A DNA stretch of 64,000 nt, from NCBI GenBank assembly GCA_044892525.1, contig CM097885.1, positions 240,932,001-240,996,000 of the forward strand, read 5' to 3'. Shown here piece by piece: positions 1-10,798 of the stretch (within the stretch, counting starts at the first letter, position 1; each line of letters opens with the position of its first letter). A program made the translations under genes and the position numbers. Under the pieces are notes generated by a model. The model worked only from the letters and a program-made list of their open reading frames with translations, searched no databases and was not told where the DNA came from. This DNA comes from Schmidtea polychroa. Taxonomy: Eukaryota.

Positions 1-899
1 TGCACAATAATAATTGTCAAAAGCATAAACTAATGTACATAGTCAATAATCAAATTGCAATGATAATCGTCACTGTTTTGACTTCTCCGTCTTTGGTTAT
101 CTGGGTTCTACGTAGATATTGACTCTGAACTTGTTGCTGCCCGTTCTATAGTAGTGGGTTAGTTCAAATTCTTCAATTCTTCTTCCTCTGTCATCCAACA
201 TTAGGATTCTCATCCGTTTTTAAATCATTGTCTGTTCTTTTTTTTGTTATTTAAACAAATTTCAGATTTTCTTAAAATATTTCTTTGAAAAAAATATTTT
301 TTAAAATTGATAAATTTCTTCTTTTTAAAATATTCTTCAATAAAAATATTTTTAAAATTTCTACCAAATTTCTAATTAATCTTTAAGAATCTTTTAACTT
401 CCTCATAGTGCTAAGTTTTTATTTTTTCTGAATTTCCTACAATCAATTTGTTAATTTAATACTACCTCGCGAAAGAGTAATTACATAATCAGTAAGTACA
501 CATTTATTTTGAGATAACATTCTCTGGATCAAAAACCGTTAGTTGACTCATAACAACCATTTTCTTTTGACGAAGTAAGTCCTTCTATTGGCAGTCATGA
601 ACTCAAAAATAGAGTTCAATAAGGAGTAGTGCTAGCAGTATATGTCACCTGCTCATTGACTCTCGAGCACGGATTGAATGTTGAAATAGTAAAATAGTAA
701 AATAGAAAAAAATTGTGTAACATATTCTTTTTATTTTAGGAATTTATTTCCGTATCCATTTTTGTTTTAAACTCAAATTATTACTGGATCCCTATTGGCC
801 TTACTTAATATTTGGAATGTAAATTTTTATCAAATTTCTTCTTTTTATCCTTAACATTACATCGTATAGTCAAAATTTTAAACAACTTCTGGAACAATA

Positions 900-1300
900 C
901 AATTTTATAAATAGAATAATTTTAAATATGTTGTATTGAATGAATGTGAAAAATTGCAAATATAATTTGCACAAAATTAGAAACGATCTCATAATTTAGA
1001 TTGCCCAACTGCTTGCTTATCTTTTCTTATAAGTTGTAGAACCTTCCGTATACGGCAATAGTAAGACAAATGATTATGAGCTTAAATTCGTGTTGGTATT
1101 GCCGTAGTCGTAATATTTTACAGATTATATGAGACAAATAAGTAAGTATTTGAGAATCCAAATTATAAGATCTTCATTAATTGATGTAAAGTACGTAATA
1201 TATTTATAAAGATGTCTGAGACTCCTTGTGGATTGTATTCGAATTCTTCGAGTTCTTGAACATTGCTGACTGAAGAGTTCGAACAATATTAGTGAGCACA
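900..1300 (-). mobile_element. Possible degenerate Penelope-like retroelement relic (region C-terminal to RT)
   Basis: Minus-strand reading with stops (FVLLLPYTEGSYNL*EKISKQLGNLNYEIV) resembles the 'vlPYv.glse.i.r.l' segment of Penelope RT-GIY proteins; heavily decayed. Confidence 0.3.
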
Positions 1301-1382
1301 ACATAAAATTGAAGGAGTAAAATTGAATGTATGATTTTAGAATTTTATAAAAAATCTTTATTAATTATTGAGAACGTGTAAT

Positions 1383-2930
1383 TAGAGATTGCAATCCCGT
1401 GATTCCAGGAATATATTCAATCCCGAAATCCTGGGATTCAGGATCTCAAATCCCGATCCCGGAAAAACCAATCTAACTATTAACTAATTTCTAAAAAAAT
1501 GAAAAATCATTTAGATTGTTTGTATTTATGATTTTGTGCTGTTATTTAAGTGAATTTAAAAATTTAATTTTTATTTTGTTAGAAAAGAATATTTAATTTA
1601 CTCATTTTTATTTTACCATTTTAAGTGTTTTTAAATAAAATAAGGTAAGCAGTTATCAGAAAATTTTAGAAAAACCATATTTTGCTACATATTTATTTTT
1701 AATTCAAAGTTTATTAATTTATTTCTTACTTTATCACAAATTTAGCGATGACAAATAAGGCAGAAGTATGGAAATTTTACGACATATGAAACAGAAGCAT
1801 TTGCTAAATACAAACGCTGTCCACAAATTATTAAGACGACAGGAGGATTTACTAAGGGACTTCAAAAGTATTCATAATATCGATACGTGAAAAAAGGATG
1901 GACATGATGATGCAACTGCATCTCAATCCCAAAGTATTTCTATACATGTAAGAAATGAAAACTAACAGACTATTTTGCTATTAAAGACGATAAATCACTT
2001 GAAGCCACAGTTTCGAGAATGGTAGCACGAGATGGATTTCCATTTTTAATATTTGTTACTTCCAATGATTTAAGAAATGCACTGGCGGCAAAAGGAAAAA
2101 TGATTTTGGACTATGCTATGAAAATTTAGTCATATAATATGAAAGAAATTGAGTACAAAATTAAGGAAGGACGGAAGTCTAGTGTTTCATTTGATGAGTG
2201 GACATCTAATCGAGATCGCAGGTACATGAATGTTAATGTTCATGGTAACTCTTCAAAATTCTGGAATTTGGGCCTTGTCCGTGTGCTAGGAAAATTGTGT
2301 AGAGTTACTAAGTAAGAGGCTGGATAAATATAATTCTTCTTTCACCAATAATATCATATGTATTGTTACTGACGGTGCCAGTTTTATGGTAAAAGTTGGT
2401 AAACTTATTGCTCCAGAACAATAACTGTGTTTTGTTCATGGAATACAGCTTGCAGTTTTGGAAGTTTTGTACTAAAATAGTTTTGTTCATGAAAATGACG
2501 ACAATGTTGAAATAGCAGCCGACTTTGATGAAGTACAAGACTCAAGCCAATCAGATTATGAAGAAGATATTTGTTTTCAAGAAGAATGTGGGGCAGATCT
2601 GCTAGCCAATATTTCTCCAGTAATTGATAAAGTGCGAAGGACTGTTCGCACGTTCAAGCGATCCCCAACTAAAAATGATATTCTGCAGAAGTAAATTTTA
2701 GAAAATCACGGAAAAGAAATAAAGCTACTTTTGGATTGTAAAACAAGATGGAGCAGTTTTTCATTATGTTGGAACATTTTAATTTTCTCAAAAAAAATGT
2801 ATTATAGATTTAAAATCTCTTATTTATTTCTCAAATGAAGACTTTAAGAGCATCCTCCATATTGTTTTGGTCCTGGAGCCCGTGAAGTTGACAGTAGAAG
2901 TACTGTGTCGTCAACAGTCAAAAAGAAACT
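1383..2930 (+). mobile_element. Degenerate hAT DNA transposon (BED finger plus DDE remnants), right end not seen
   Basis: Left end TAGAGATTGCAATCCCG with subterminal ATCCCG repeats. Fragmented frames give AEVWKF, IKTTGGFTKGL, SFDEWTSNRDRRYMNVNVH, DGASFMVKVGKL, KVRRTVRTFKRSP and LLLDCKTRWSS, with many stops and frameshifts. Confidence 0.85.
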
Positions 2931-3740
2931 AAGTTAAAATAAACATTTTATAAGTCAGTAAAAAATATTTTTTTTTTACCATATTTTCTATATCTATAAT
3001 ATAATAATAATAAATAATGAATTTTGTGAATTTAATATGTAATGTTTTCTTTTTCTTTTTTTCTAAATAAAAAAAAATTTTTATAATTACATGGTGTAAT
3101 ATGAATTACATGGTGTAATATGAACATGGTGTAATATGGTGAAATATGAAGCATTGTTGGTAAAAACTTTGAATCCGTAAATTATTTTTCAGAATTCTTT
3201 GAATATGTGTGTTTTAAATGTTTTTAAATTGAGATTAGAGTTGTTGTTTTCCGAATGATTTGAATGATTATTTTATAGATAATTTTGTTTATAAAATATT
3301 AAAAATGTCAATGGGTTACAGGAAATGAAAATAACACCCAATGGTGTTGTTTCCAGCGTAACCCAGTATGTAATGCTTCCATACCACTCGACACCAGTTG
3401 AATAAACAAAATCGTTAATGTGTCAAATTGGCGAAGTAGATGGATGGGTCACCGCTAAAGCAGGTCACCACTGGAACAAAGACATATACCCCCTCCCCCG
3501 GCCGAAGATTTTTTTAAAAAATATTTTTTGTAGAACAAAGACAATGACTCATCCGATGACTCATCAAAAAACAGGTTACCGCTGGAACAAAGACTTTTTT
3601 TTAAATATTAATATTATTATAATATTATAATATTAATATAAATATTATGACCTGTTTTTGGTCATGAAACAAGTTAGTGTTCCCATCATCCGATTTTATT
3701 AAACGATAGCTCATTTTAAAGCCTAGTGCAAGATCTATTT

Positions 3741-3808
<68 letters not shown>

Positions 3809-4107
3809 TTTATCATTAATATTTGGAAAGATTTTAACGCCCGCGCGGAAGATGTTATTTTCAAAATTATTATTATTATTATTATTATATATAGTCCGAC
3901 TTTATCCGAAAAAATATTTTGTCCCCCTATGGGTATTGCTCACAAAGGTACTACTCAAACTCANNNNNNNNNNNNNNNNNNNNNNNNNNNNNNNNNNNNN
4001 NNNNNNNNNNNNNNNNNNNNNNNNNNNNNNNNNNNNNNNNNNNNNNNNNNNNNNNNNNNNNNNNNNNNNNNNNNNNNNNNNNNNNNNNNNNNNNNNNNNN
4101 NNNNNNG

Positions 4108-4842
4108 ATTAAAGTTTTGGATCCGGATAACTCAAAACTACATAAATTGATCTCACGTATTCCTATGTCACGTCGTACAACTGCGCGTCGAATTGGCCAA
4201 ATTACCGAAAATGTTGAAAATAATTTGATGTGTGATTTAAAAAATTGTACAGCATTCAGTTTAGCTCTCGACGAGTCTACTGACATTCAGTATGTTCCAC
4301 AATTAGCCGTTTTTAAAAAAGCGGTTGGGGAATTGGAGTTATTAGATATGCAAGAGGACCAGGCTTTGCAAATGCACCATAAAGTTACTTCTATAATTGA
4401 ATTTTGGAAACTCGTACCAGAGGCAAAATATCCACACTTAAAACAAGCTGCTTGCCGTCTAATTTCAATTTTTGGTACAACATATTGTTGTGAATCTTTG
4501 TACTCCACAATGAAGTTCGTGAAGTCGAAATATCGTTCACAGTTGACCAATCAGCATCTTACAGAATTGCTGCGAACAGCTTTAACAAAGTATACACCAA
4601 ATTTCAAAGATTTGACCAAAAGTCTTCGTTAATTCAAGAAATTTTATTACTTTTTATTAATGGATTTTTATTATATTTTATGTTTGTTACTTAAATTTTG
4701 AAATAATTGTTTTTAATAGCGTTTAAGTCTTTTTTAATCAAATTAATGAAATAAAAAAAAATATGTAGTTCACTATGGTGGCTCTTTAAAAAATAAATTT
4801 TCGGAAAACGTCTCTCATTGAACTCATGCGTGCCCACCCTTG
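4108..4842 (+). mobile_element. Internally deleted hAT (Buster/Charlie, GTF2IRD2-like) element nested in the left arm of Maverick 1
   Basis: ORF reads IPMSRRTTARRI...FSLALDESTDIQYVPQLAVF, joined directly to the C-terminal dimerisation domain EFWKLVPEAKYPHLKQAACRLISIFGTTYCCESLYSTMKFVKSKYRSQL. Right TIR GTGCCCACCCTTG ends at 4842; the left end lies in the N-run. Confidence 0.9.
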
Positions 4843-5409
4843 ATATATATATATATATATATATACAAATTTATATAATTTTTGGTGCCTGCATTCACAA
4901 AATTAGACAAATAATATATAAAAAAATGAATACAAAGCTAAGATTTATTAACATGTAAATTAATATAAAAAACAATTATCATAGAAATTACACATAAATT
5001 AAAATAAAAATACCATTCTAAGATCATAAATAAAATAAATCTGAAAAACAGCATAAAATTTAACTAGTTAAAATTTTTAACCATTTAAATAAATCAAATT
5101 TTGATTTTGATGTCCACACTCGCATTCGCGGTCCTACTAAAATCAGCGAGTGTGAAATTATTTAAGTTGAATGATTGCTTTATTTTTATAGAATTGATTG
5201 CTTTAAACGATGCCTGTGCAACACAGAACCATTTTTTGAAAATATACAAGATCTGGTGGCCGCATAATAATTATTTTAAATTATTATAAAAATACTGAGA
5301 AATATTAAGTTTTCAAATAATACTTTATTGTTAAGTTTATTCATAAGCTTCATATTTAAATTATGTGAATATAATATCACTTTTTAATGCGAAATTTGCT
5401 TTTCTTTTG

Positions 5410-5740
5410 TTTTGGCAAGTTTAAAATTTGTAAGAGAACATTTGAGCTGGTCTTTGAGATTTTCGTCTTCTAGTGATCCTCGGTATTTTGACTTATTATG
5501 TTTTATTTTTGAAAAGAATATTTCGCACAAATATGCCGTACCAAGAAAATTAATAATTTTAAGTGCATTGAATCTTAATTTTGGAAACTATTTTCTATCA
5601 AAAATTTTTTTATAAAATTCAATTTTATCATGCGTTTGGAAGAGCTGTTCTAACTGGAAATTAACTTGCATGTATATAATCTCGAGTTGGTACTTATCTG
5701 GAACTATAATTGTTTATGAAGTTCCAAGCATTTTCAATCC
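5410..5740 (-). mobile_element. Second hAT C-terminal fragment nested in the left arm of Maverick 1
   Basis: Minus strand: YQLEII...FPKLRFNALKIINFLGTAYLCEIFFSKIKHNKSKYRGSLEDENLKDQLKCSLT, with one stop; hAT dimerisation domain. Confidence 0.8.
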
Positions 5741-5759
5741 CTCAACTTTTTCATCATCA

Positions 5760-5817
<58 letters not shown>

Positions 5818-5910
5818 GTTGTAGCACACACTCATTATACTAATTACCAATAGAAATATTGTATTCATGTTGTATCAAATAAAAACTCATATTTTTACTT
5901 TTATAATCTA

Positions 5911-5957
5911 TCAACCAATCAGAATCATATGATATTTCAGTAGTAGTAATATAAATA
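5911..5957 (+). promoter_or_regulatory. CCAAT box (TCAACCAATCAG) plus TATAAATA upstream of the chimeric ORF; mirror copy at 8827-8838 serves the Bcl-2-like gene
   Basis: The same 12-mer recurs, reversed, at 7209-7220 with TGAGTCA and TATAAAA upstream of ATG 7279. Confidence 0.55.
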
Positions 5958-5985
5958 AAACAGTATATTAAAAATTATTGTAAAA

Positions 5986-6450
5986 ATGTCTCAATTTATT
6001 GAAAATGTTCTAAACGGAATTGTCACCGCGAATATAGTCGACAGCCTCAATTTCCTGGTCAATCGAACCGAACAAATCATTGAACTTGAACATATCGATT
6101 ATCAGCAAATGATGGAGATGGAATGCCTGGAAACCAAGAAGTATTCAATAGAATATTTCAGTGTCTTGGATAATAATAAATTACAATATCGAATCAATAA
6201 TATTAAAATCCAATCAGTTACCGTTACTATGGATATGGGACATAGTATCAATATATATAACATGTCGAGAAAATGTGATTGTATGTTTGAACCGCAATTG
6301 TTTCCGACACTAAGACTATTAAAATATAACCGTATATGTGTCAACGTGTTTGTTAGTGGAAAGGTTGTCATGCTGGGGTTGAGAAATTTGGAGTATAGGG
6401 AATTTGTTAACAATGTTAGGAATAAGATATTTTCATTGGTCGATTTCTAA
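5986..6450 (+). CDS. Chimeric ORF: Bcl-2-like N-terminus (from the TIR) fused to a single TBP-fold repeat, 154 aa
   Basis: C-terminal half NIKIQSVTVTMDMGHSINIYNM...MFEPQLFPTLRLLKYNRICVNVFVSGKVVMLGLRN matches the TBP repeat consensus (FKIQNMVGSCD...YEPELFPGL...LIFVSGKVVLTG). The first ~60 codons are the inverted copy of the 8238-8763 gene start. Confidence 0.8.
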   Translation: MSQFIENVLNGIVTANIVDSLNFLVNRTEQIIELEHIDYQQMMEMECLETKKYSIEYFSVLDNNKLQYRINNIKIQSVTVTMDMGHSINIYNMSRKCDCMFEPQLFPTLRLLKYNRICVNVFVSGKVVMLGLRNLEYREFVNNVRNKIFSLVDF

Positions 6451-6505
6451 TTGGTTAATTTCTAATTGGTTAATGTTTGTTTTAAACAAACTGTTTTTTG
6501 TTTAG

Positions 6506-6930
6506 ATGTCATTTTTCAAAATGTACAAAATTCCAAGCGCCACTCGTTTGATGAAACAAATTGATAATTATGGTAAATTTTAGATTTATTATTTACATTT
6601 TTATAGTCTTTATTTTCAGATAAATATTCAGAAGTCATGTTAAATCGACTCAAGTATTTTTATCCCCAACTAAATGAAATTCTAAATGACCAAGAACCTG
6701 AGATTATTCCAGATCTCGTATTTTATGCAACCCAAATCAGGATATTAGAGGTGTTCCATCAATTCCTGTGGAGCATTAAGATAGATAGACAACAGAAAGA
6801 TATGGAACCGGAATACCAATGCATCATCGGATGCTCTTTCTGTGCCGATCGTTATCGGCGATATGTCGAGTGGGAATTAGTGAAAACTCTCAGAAGGTTT
6901 CACTATTCTCGAGTTGTAGATCTCGGGTGA
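6506..6930 (+). CDS. Spliced orphan ORF in Maverick 1 (exons 6506-6572 and 6620-6930), with a C-x3-C-x2-C motif
   Basis: A 47-nt GT..AG intron (6573-6619) joins MSFFKMYKIPSATRLMKQIDNY-D in frame to the listed 97-aa ORF. Confidence 0.6.
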
Positions 6931-7278
6931 TTGTATTAATAAATGTTTTATTGTGTTTTTATTGTTTTTTCTTTTATATATTTCAAATAATAGTAATATA
7001 AATAATAATAATAATAATAATTTGAGAATAATAATAATAAATAATAGTAATAATAATTTGAGAATAGTAATAATAAATAACATGACCCATTAATAATAAT
7101 AGAAATAGATTGAAAATAGTAATAATAAAACAATAATGATATGACACAGAAAATTAATGCAACATCAATGCAATTATGAATGCAATTTAAACAATGACAT
7201 GCTATAATCTGATTGGTTGATATGCATGAGTCAAAGGTATAAAAACCCTGTAACATTTCATTTTAATCATTATTCGCG

Positions 7279-7792
7279 ATGACCAAGATAATTTCAAGCA
7301 CCGAAAACCCTAAAGAAGAACTTGTACAACCGGATCAAATGTTCCACAGCTACAAAATGTATGTTTTAAAGGAAGAAATCAATATGAAATTGGTTGCCCC
7401 GGTCAAGCTTATTCCAACTCAATTTCATTTCTTATCCGGCACGCTTTCAATGATAGATGTTAAAACTATTGATGATGTTTTTAAACGGATAAATTCTAAT
7501 CTAGCATGTAATCAACATGCATGGTTCAACAACAGATATGCAAAATTTTATGATGCATTTGATGAAATCAGTTTCAAAGAAAATGAAAATTGGTAATATA
7601 ACAATTGCAATCCAGGGATATAAAGTTGATAATAATGATGTGTATTCTCCTATTTGGAAAATGATGTCTATTTTAATGTTATATTTAATGTATTTAATAA
7701 AAGTATTAGGCATATTTGTTTTTCTCTTTATTAACAAAGAAATTGCAACATTAATGAAAATGACATGCAAATTTAACAAAAAAAATCTATAA
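7279..7792 (+). pseudogene. Orphan ORF in Maverick 1 (105 aa to 7596; probable frameshifted continuation with a hydrophobic segment to 7792)
   Basis: ATG follows CCAAT, AP-1 and TATA motifs. An overlapping frame continues KIGNITIAIQGY...MMSILMLYLMYLIKVLGIFVFLFI. No family recognised. Confidence 0.5.
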
Positions 7793-7852
7793 ACAAACTT
7801 ATAATATAGTTTTAAAGTGATAAAAAATGACTGCAGAAAAAGGTTAGCATGA

Positions 7853-8188
7853 TTAATTAATTTCCGAATTATTTATAATTTAGAATTTGTAATCAACTTT
7901 TTGTTGGAAAAATTAGCCGAAATAGCTGGTGTAAAAATTGAGGATATATTATCTGTTGCAAATGCATTAAATATCGGCTGGGTAGTTGAGAGTCAAGATT
8001 CATGATTTGATGATCAGGAAGAATCTGATACTCAAGAAACCGATACCCAAGAAATTGATGAGGAAATCTGTGAACCTATAGATGAACTTATAGATACGGA
8101 AAATATTACGAATGATTGTGTAGATCATGTCGTTGAAAATGCAATGAAATGTGGAGATGATGATTGCGAATGTGTTAATAAATTTTAA
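7853..8188 (+). pseudogene. Acidic orphan reading frame with one internal TGA (8003-8005)
   Basis: Reads NLEFVINFLLEKLAEIAGVKIEDILSVANALNIGWVVESQDS*FDDQEESDTQETDTQEIDEEICEP...CGDDDCECVNKF*. Confidence 0.45.
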
Positions 8189-8237
8189 AATTGAATTGAA
8201 TTATTTGCATTCAAATATACTATTATAAACAATAACA

Positions 8238-8763
8238 TTAATTTTTATTCATATATCTACAAAAAATATACATTATAACAACTCCAGTTGCAAATTTTAT
8301 ATAGTTTGTCATTTTTCTTTTGATTTCATCAGTTTCTTTAGCATTGTGGGCAAGTTTATTTAATACACCCCATCCGCCACTGGCTTCTATCAAGGGGGTA
8401 AACTTGGACTTGATTATCTAGAAATGAATATTATTAAAATATATATAGACTATAAAAGAAATCTTACTTCTAAAGACTACTGATAATAATGTTCTGAGTC
8501 ATGTTGACTATTTGCAAAGATTATTTTCATGTAGGTGAATCCTACAATTATCCTTGTCCATTTCATGTCTTCATCGAAAAGACATTGAAATATTCTATTG
8601 AAGTAATACTTATTGGTTTCCAGGCATTCCATCTCCATCATTTGCTGATAATCGATATGTTCAAGTTCAATGATTTGTTCGGTTCGATTGACCAGGAAAT
8701 TGAGGCTGTCGACTTATTCGCGGTGACAATTCCGTTTAAAACATTTTCAATAAATTGAGACAT
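8238..8763 (-). pseudogene. Bcl-2-family gene carried by Maverick 1 (BH1, BH2, C-terminal membrane anchor; one intron; two lesions)
   Basis: BH1-like FNRIFQCLFDEDMKWTRIIVGFTYMKIIF, BH2-like PLIEASGGWGVL, tail anchor YIKFATGVVIMYIFCRYMNKN*. Phase-0 50-nt intron GTAAGA..TTTCTAG at 8467-8418. Lesions: 1-bp deletion near 8715 (intact in the left-arm copy) and TAG at 8479-8477. Confidence 0.8.
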
Positions 8764-10798
8764 TTTTACAATAATTTTTAATATACTGTTTTATTTATAT
8801 TACTACTACTGAAATATCATATGATTCTGATTGGTTGATAGATTATAAAAGTAAAAATATGAGTTTTGATTTGATACAACATGAATACAATATTTCTATT
8901 GGTAATTAGTATAATGAGTGTGTGCTAAAACTAATAATAATAATAATAATAATATCTTTTAATATATTTTAATATCTTTCCCAATATTAATGATAAAAAT
9001 AATATTTATATATCATTAAATAGATCTTGCACTATGCTTTAAAATGAGCTATCGTTTAATAAAATCGGATGATGGGAACACTAACTTGTTTCATGACCAA
9101 AAACAGGTCACCGCTGGAACAAAGACATTATATTTTTAAAATATTAATATTTAAAAAAAATAATGTCTTTGTTCCAGCGGTAACCTGTTTTTTGATGAGT
9201 CATCGGATGAGTCATCGTCTTTGTTCTACAAAAATTATTTTTTAAAAAAAATTTCGCCCGGGGGAGGGGGTATATGTCTTTATTCCAGCGGTGACCTGTT
9301 TTAGCGGTGACCCATCCATCTACTTGGCGATTATTAGTAAAAAGTGAGCTCACTCTGGTGAACTATAATTGGATAACATTCTTATGGATCCACGGACTAT
9401 TAATGGACGATATTTTTCCGATTTATTTCATGGTCCCTGTTATCGTTTAACGCTCAACGAAAAACATAAGAATTGTTAGAAAATTCGACCATAATTCATT
9501 TAAATTTTATTGTACACAAAAAATGTATTTAAGGCAAATTTATTCGGCCTGCAAACGGGTCACAGGTTGTTCTCCAATTCAGACTAAAACTCTGTTAGTC
9601 ATTATTGACCAAACGTTTTGAATTAATTAGTTAAACAAGCTTAACAATTTCATTAAAGTTCTGATCTATTTTAATTTATGTTTAACTACTATTTTTTAAC
9701 TACTATACTTAAAAGTTTTTAATTTATTATTCTGAAAAACCAAATTAATTTTGATCAGACTTATAAGCCTAAAACCCTATTTATGACATCGCTGACTAAA
9801 TTGCCCCATGAATTGGCTGCGCTTTTATACTCATTCTATAATTAAATTCTTTCCCAATCAAATTGATTTTGGGATTTTGAGACTCTCTCTCTCCAGGCTT
9901 TACATTCATCACCTAATTTGTTTTGAATTTCGAATATTTAGGTTTATGAACAATTCATTTATTTTTATGTTAATTTGCCCGAATTTAATTTACCGGTGGC
10001 TCTTTGTTCTCTCGGGTTTTGCTCATACCCCAATTTGGCCTAACCTAATTAAAAATTTTGTTGAATAATCGAATTTTTTCACACTGCTCTGGTTTCCCAT
10101 TAACTCGGGTTTTTAATTAGATAATTAATTTTTAATTAATTTTAGTTTTTTGTAAATATTTCCTTCTGGGGACTCCCCATTCATTTTATTTCATTATATA
10201 TGAATTCGTCTCATTGGTTTGTCATCCATCCATATCAGTTTCCTCCTGAAAATATTCATTTTAAATATTTTTGTACTTTTAATTATTATTGTGAATTTGA
10301 TGTTATTTATATTTTATTTTTGTGCCTATTTCATTAAACTCCAACAATATTATTTTTATGTTAATGATTTTTTGTGTCTGTTTTCTCAACTTTTAACTGT
10401 TTATTGGGTGTTTTCATATTGTTTGAGTTTAACTCGACTTAATGCTATGTTTTTCGTGTTTTATTACCCCCCTGCTTCTTCAAAATCCTCACAATTAGAG
10501 CTTTGTTTTATCGAATGTCAGTTTTGGCCCAATAATTTTATTAATTGATTGCAAAAATTATAAATGAAATGCTTATTAATAAAATATCATTTTAAAAGGT
10601 TTTAAAATAAATATTTTAAAAAATAGATTAATTTCAAAAATAATAATTAATTATTTAAATTGAATTGAAAAATGTTTTAAAATAATAAAATTTTTTAATC
10701 TGTTTATTAAATTTATAATATTTATAGATTTTTCTATCCTATATATAAGGATGACAGGAAAACTTTATTGTCTATTTAATAATAATAAATGTAACTTA

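Larger units (their letters stand above)
3435..9324. mobile_element. Non-autonomous Maverick/Polinton-like element 1 (~5.9 kb)
   Basis: Starts AGTAGATGGATGGGTCACCGC and ends GCGGTGACCCATCCATCTACT. Exact 6-bp TSD TGGCGA at 3429-3434 and 9325-9330. Long TIRs: 3435-~3835 plus 5815-6168 mirror 8579-9324. AG...CT termini, 6-bp TSD and long TIRs are the Maverick signature. Confidence 0.85.

Noticed and set aside
3085-3150. ACATGGTGTAATATG tandem copies
   Set aside because: Short slippage minisatellite with no further structure.
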